Assembly (NCBI GenBank): GCA_051294375.1
Contig: CM119265.1
Span: 8,378,772-8,442,771, forward strand
Length of the DNA stretch: 64,000 bases
Direction of reading: 5' to 3'
Origin: Paraspadella gotoi
Lineage: Eukaryota; Animalia; Chaetognatha
This document shows positions 63,244 through 64,000 of this stretch, piece after piece. The translations under genes and the position numbers were made by a program. Numbering within the stretch: the first letter of the stretch is position 1; each line of letters starts with the position of its first letter. Under the pieces are notes generated by a model. The model saw nothing but the letters and a program-made list of their open reading frames with translations, did no database searches and was not told the DNA's origin.

Positions 63244-63688
63244 GAGAGAATTAATATAAAGTAAAGTGGCCCTCCTGAACAAAGCATGACATTGAGAAAA
63301 GTGAGGCGCGCAAACAGTTGCGATTTTAATAAATCATTTGTTCGTTGGTAGGTAAATCGGTTGTCTCATTGTTCTGTCTGCCGCGCGCTTTTAAATGGTA
63401 CTTGAAAACATCACAACTAAACAAATTTATGTCGCAAGTCGAGTAATAATCATTTATCTAAATACAGCCACGTAGTTTAAAAATATATTTGTATATAAAA
63501 AACCTTAACACCAAGGCTATTTAACGTAATTATGCGAATAATCTAAAAGCAGAAAAAAGGATGGCGAACAAAAAATGAATAAGAGGGAAAAAGTAGCAAA
63601 ATTGAAAAAAGAAAAGGAAACACGAAAATGCTTCGATTTCCCTTCATTGCCACGTGAAATAACGGGAAGAGTGAGAAAAGAGAGAGAT

Positions 63689-63741
<53 letters not shown>

Positions 63742-64000
63742 AGAGAGAGAGAGGAGAGAGAGAGGAGAGAGAGAGAGAGATAAGAGAAAGTGGTCAGTCC
63801 GGTTCCCAAGCGGTCCGTCCGCCGACGGCTTCTCGAATATCTCGCGAGTAATGAGTGGCTCCGGTCGTTGGTTTTGGGGCGAGGTGGGTTTGAGGTGTAA
63901 TAGGGGCCAAGAGGCCGTGGGTGGCGGAGAAAAGTGGTTAAATCAAATGCAAGTGTGAGGAAAGAGAATCGGCAAATGGAAACTTGACAACTAGTAAGAT

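Overview
Eukaryotic, probably invertebrate animal, draft-genome scaffold. It is AT-rich and not obviously CpG-depleted, with dense (AG)n/(CT)n microsatellites, GT-AG introns and many N gaps; seven gaps are exactly 25 N, which suggests long-read gap filling. I see no prokaryotic operons, CRISPR arrays, rRNA or intact tRNA genes. Supported content: (1) a disabled alpha-1,3-fucosyltransferase (GT10) pseudogene at ~1.9-3.1 kb; (2) a 73-aa ORF at 8040-8261 with a signal peptide, Ser-Gly repeats and a hydrophobic tail; (3) a ~570-bp miniature LTR retrotransposon (TRIM) at 9496-10067 whose LTRs each carry a 72-nt tRNA-like segment, with a tRNA-Trp-like PBS, two extra PBS-like repeats and a PPT; (4) a large Pro-rich coding exon at 17534-18607; (5) a 4-exon gene at 36518-38359 for a 407-aa secreted, Glu-rich, probably GPI-anchored protein, plus two indel-riddled copies; (6) a TTAA-targeting (Kolobok-type) MITE present in one duplicate and absent from the other; (7) two minisatellite families. 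Most of 21-64 kb consists of redundant direct and inverted copies of the same few segments, most likely a second haplotype or raw long reads rather than true paralogs. The most novel-looking items are the tRNA-LTR TRIM and the two orphan putative GPI-anchored surface proteins.
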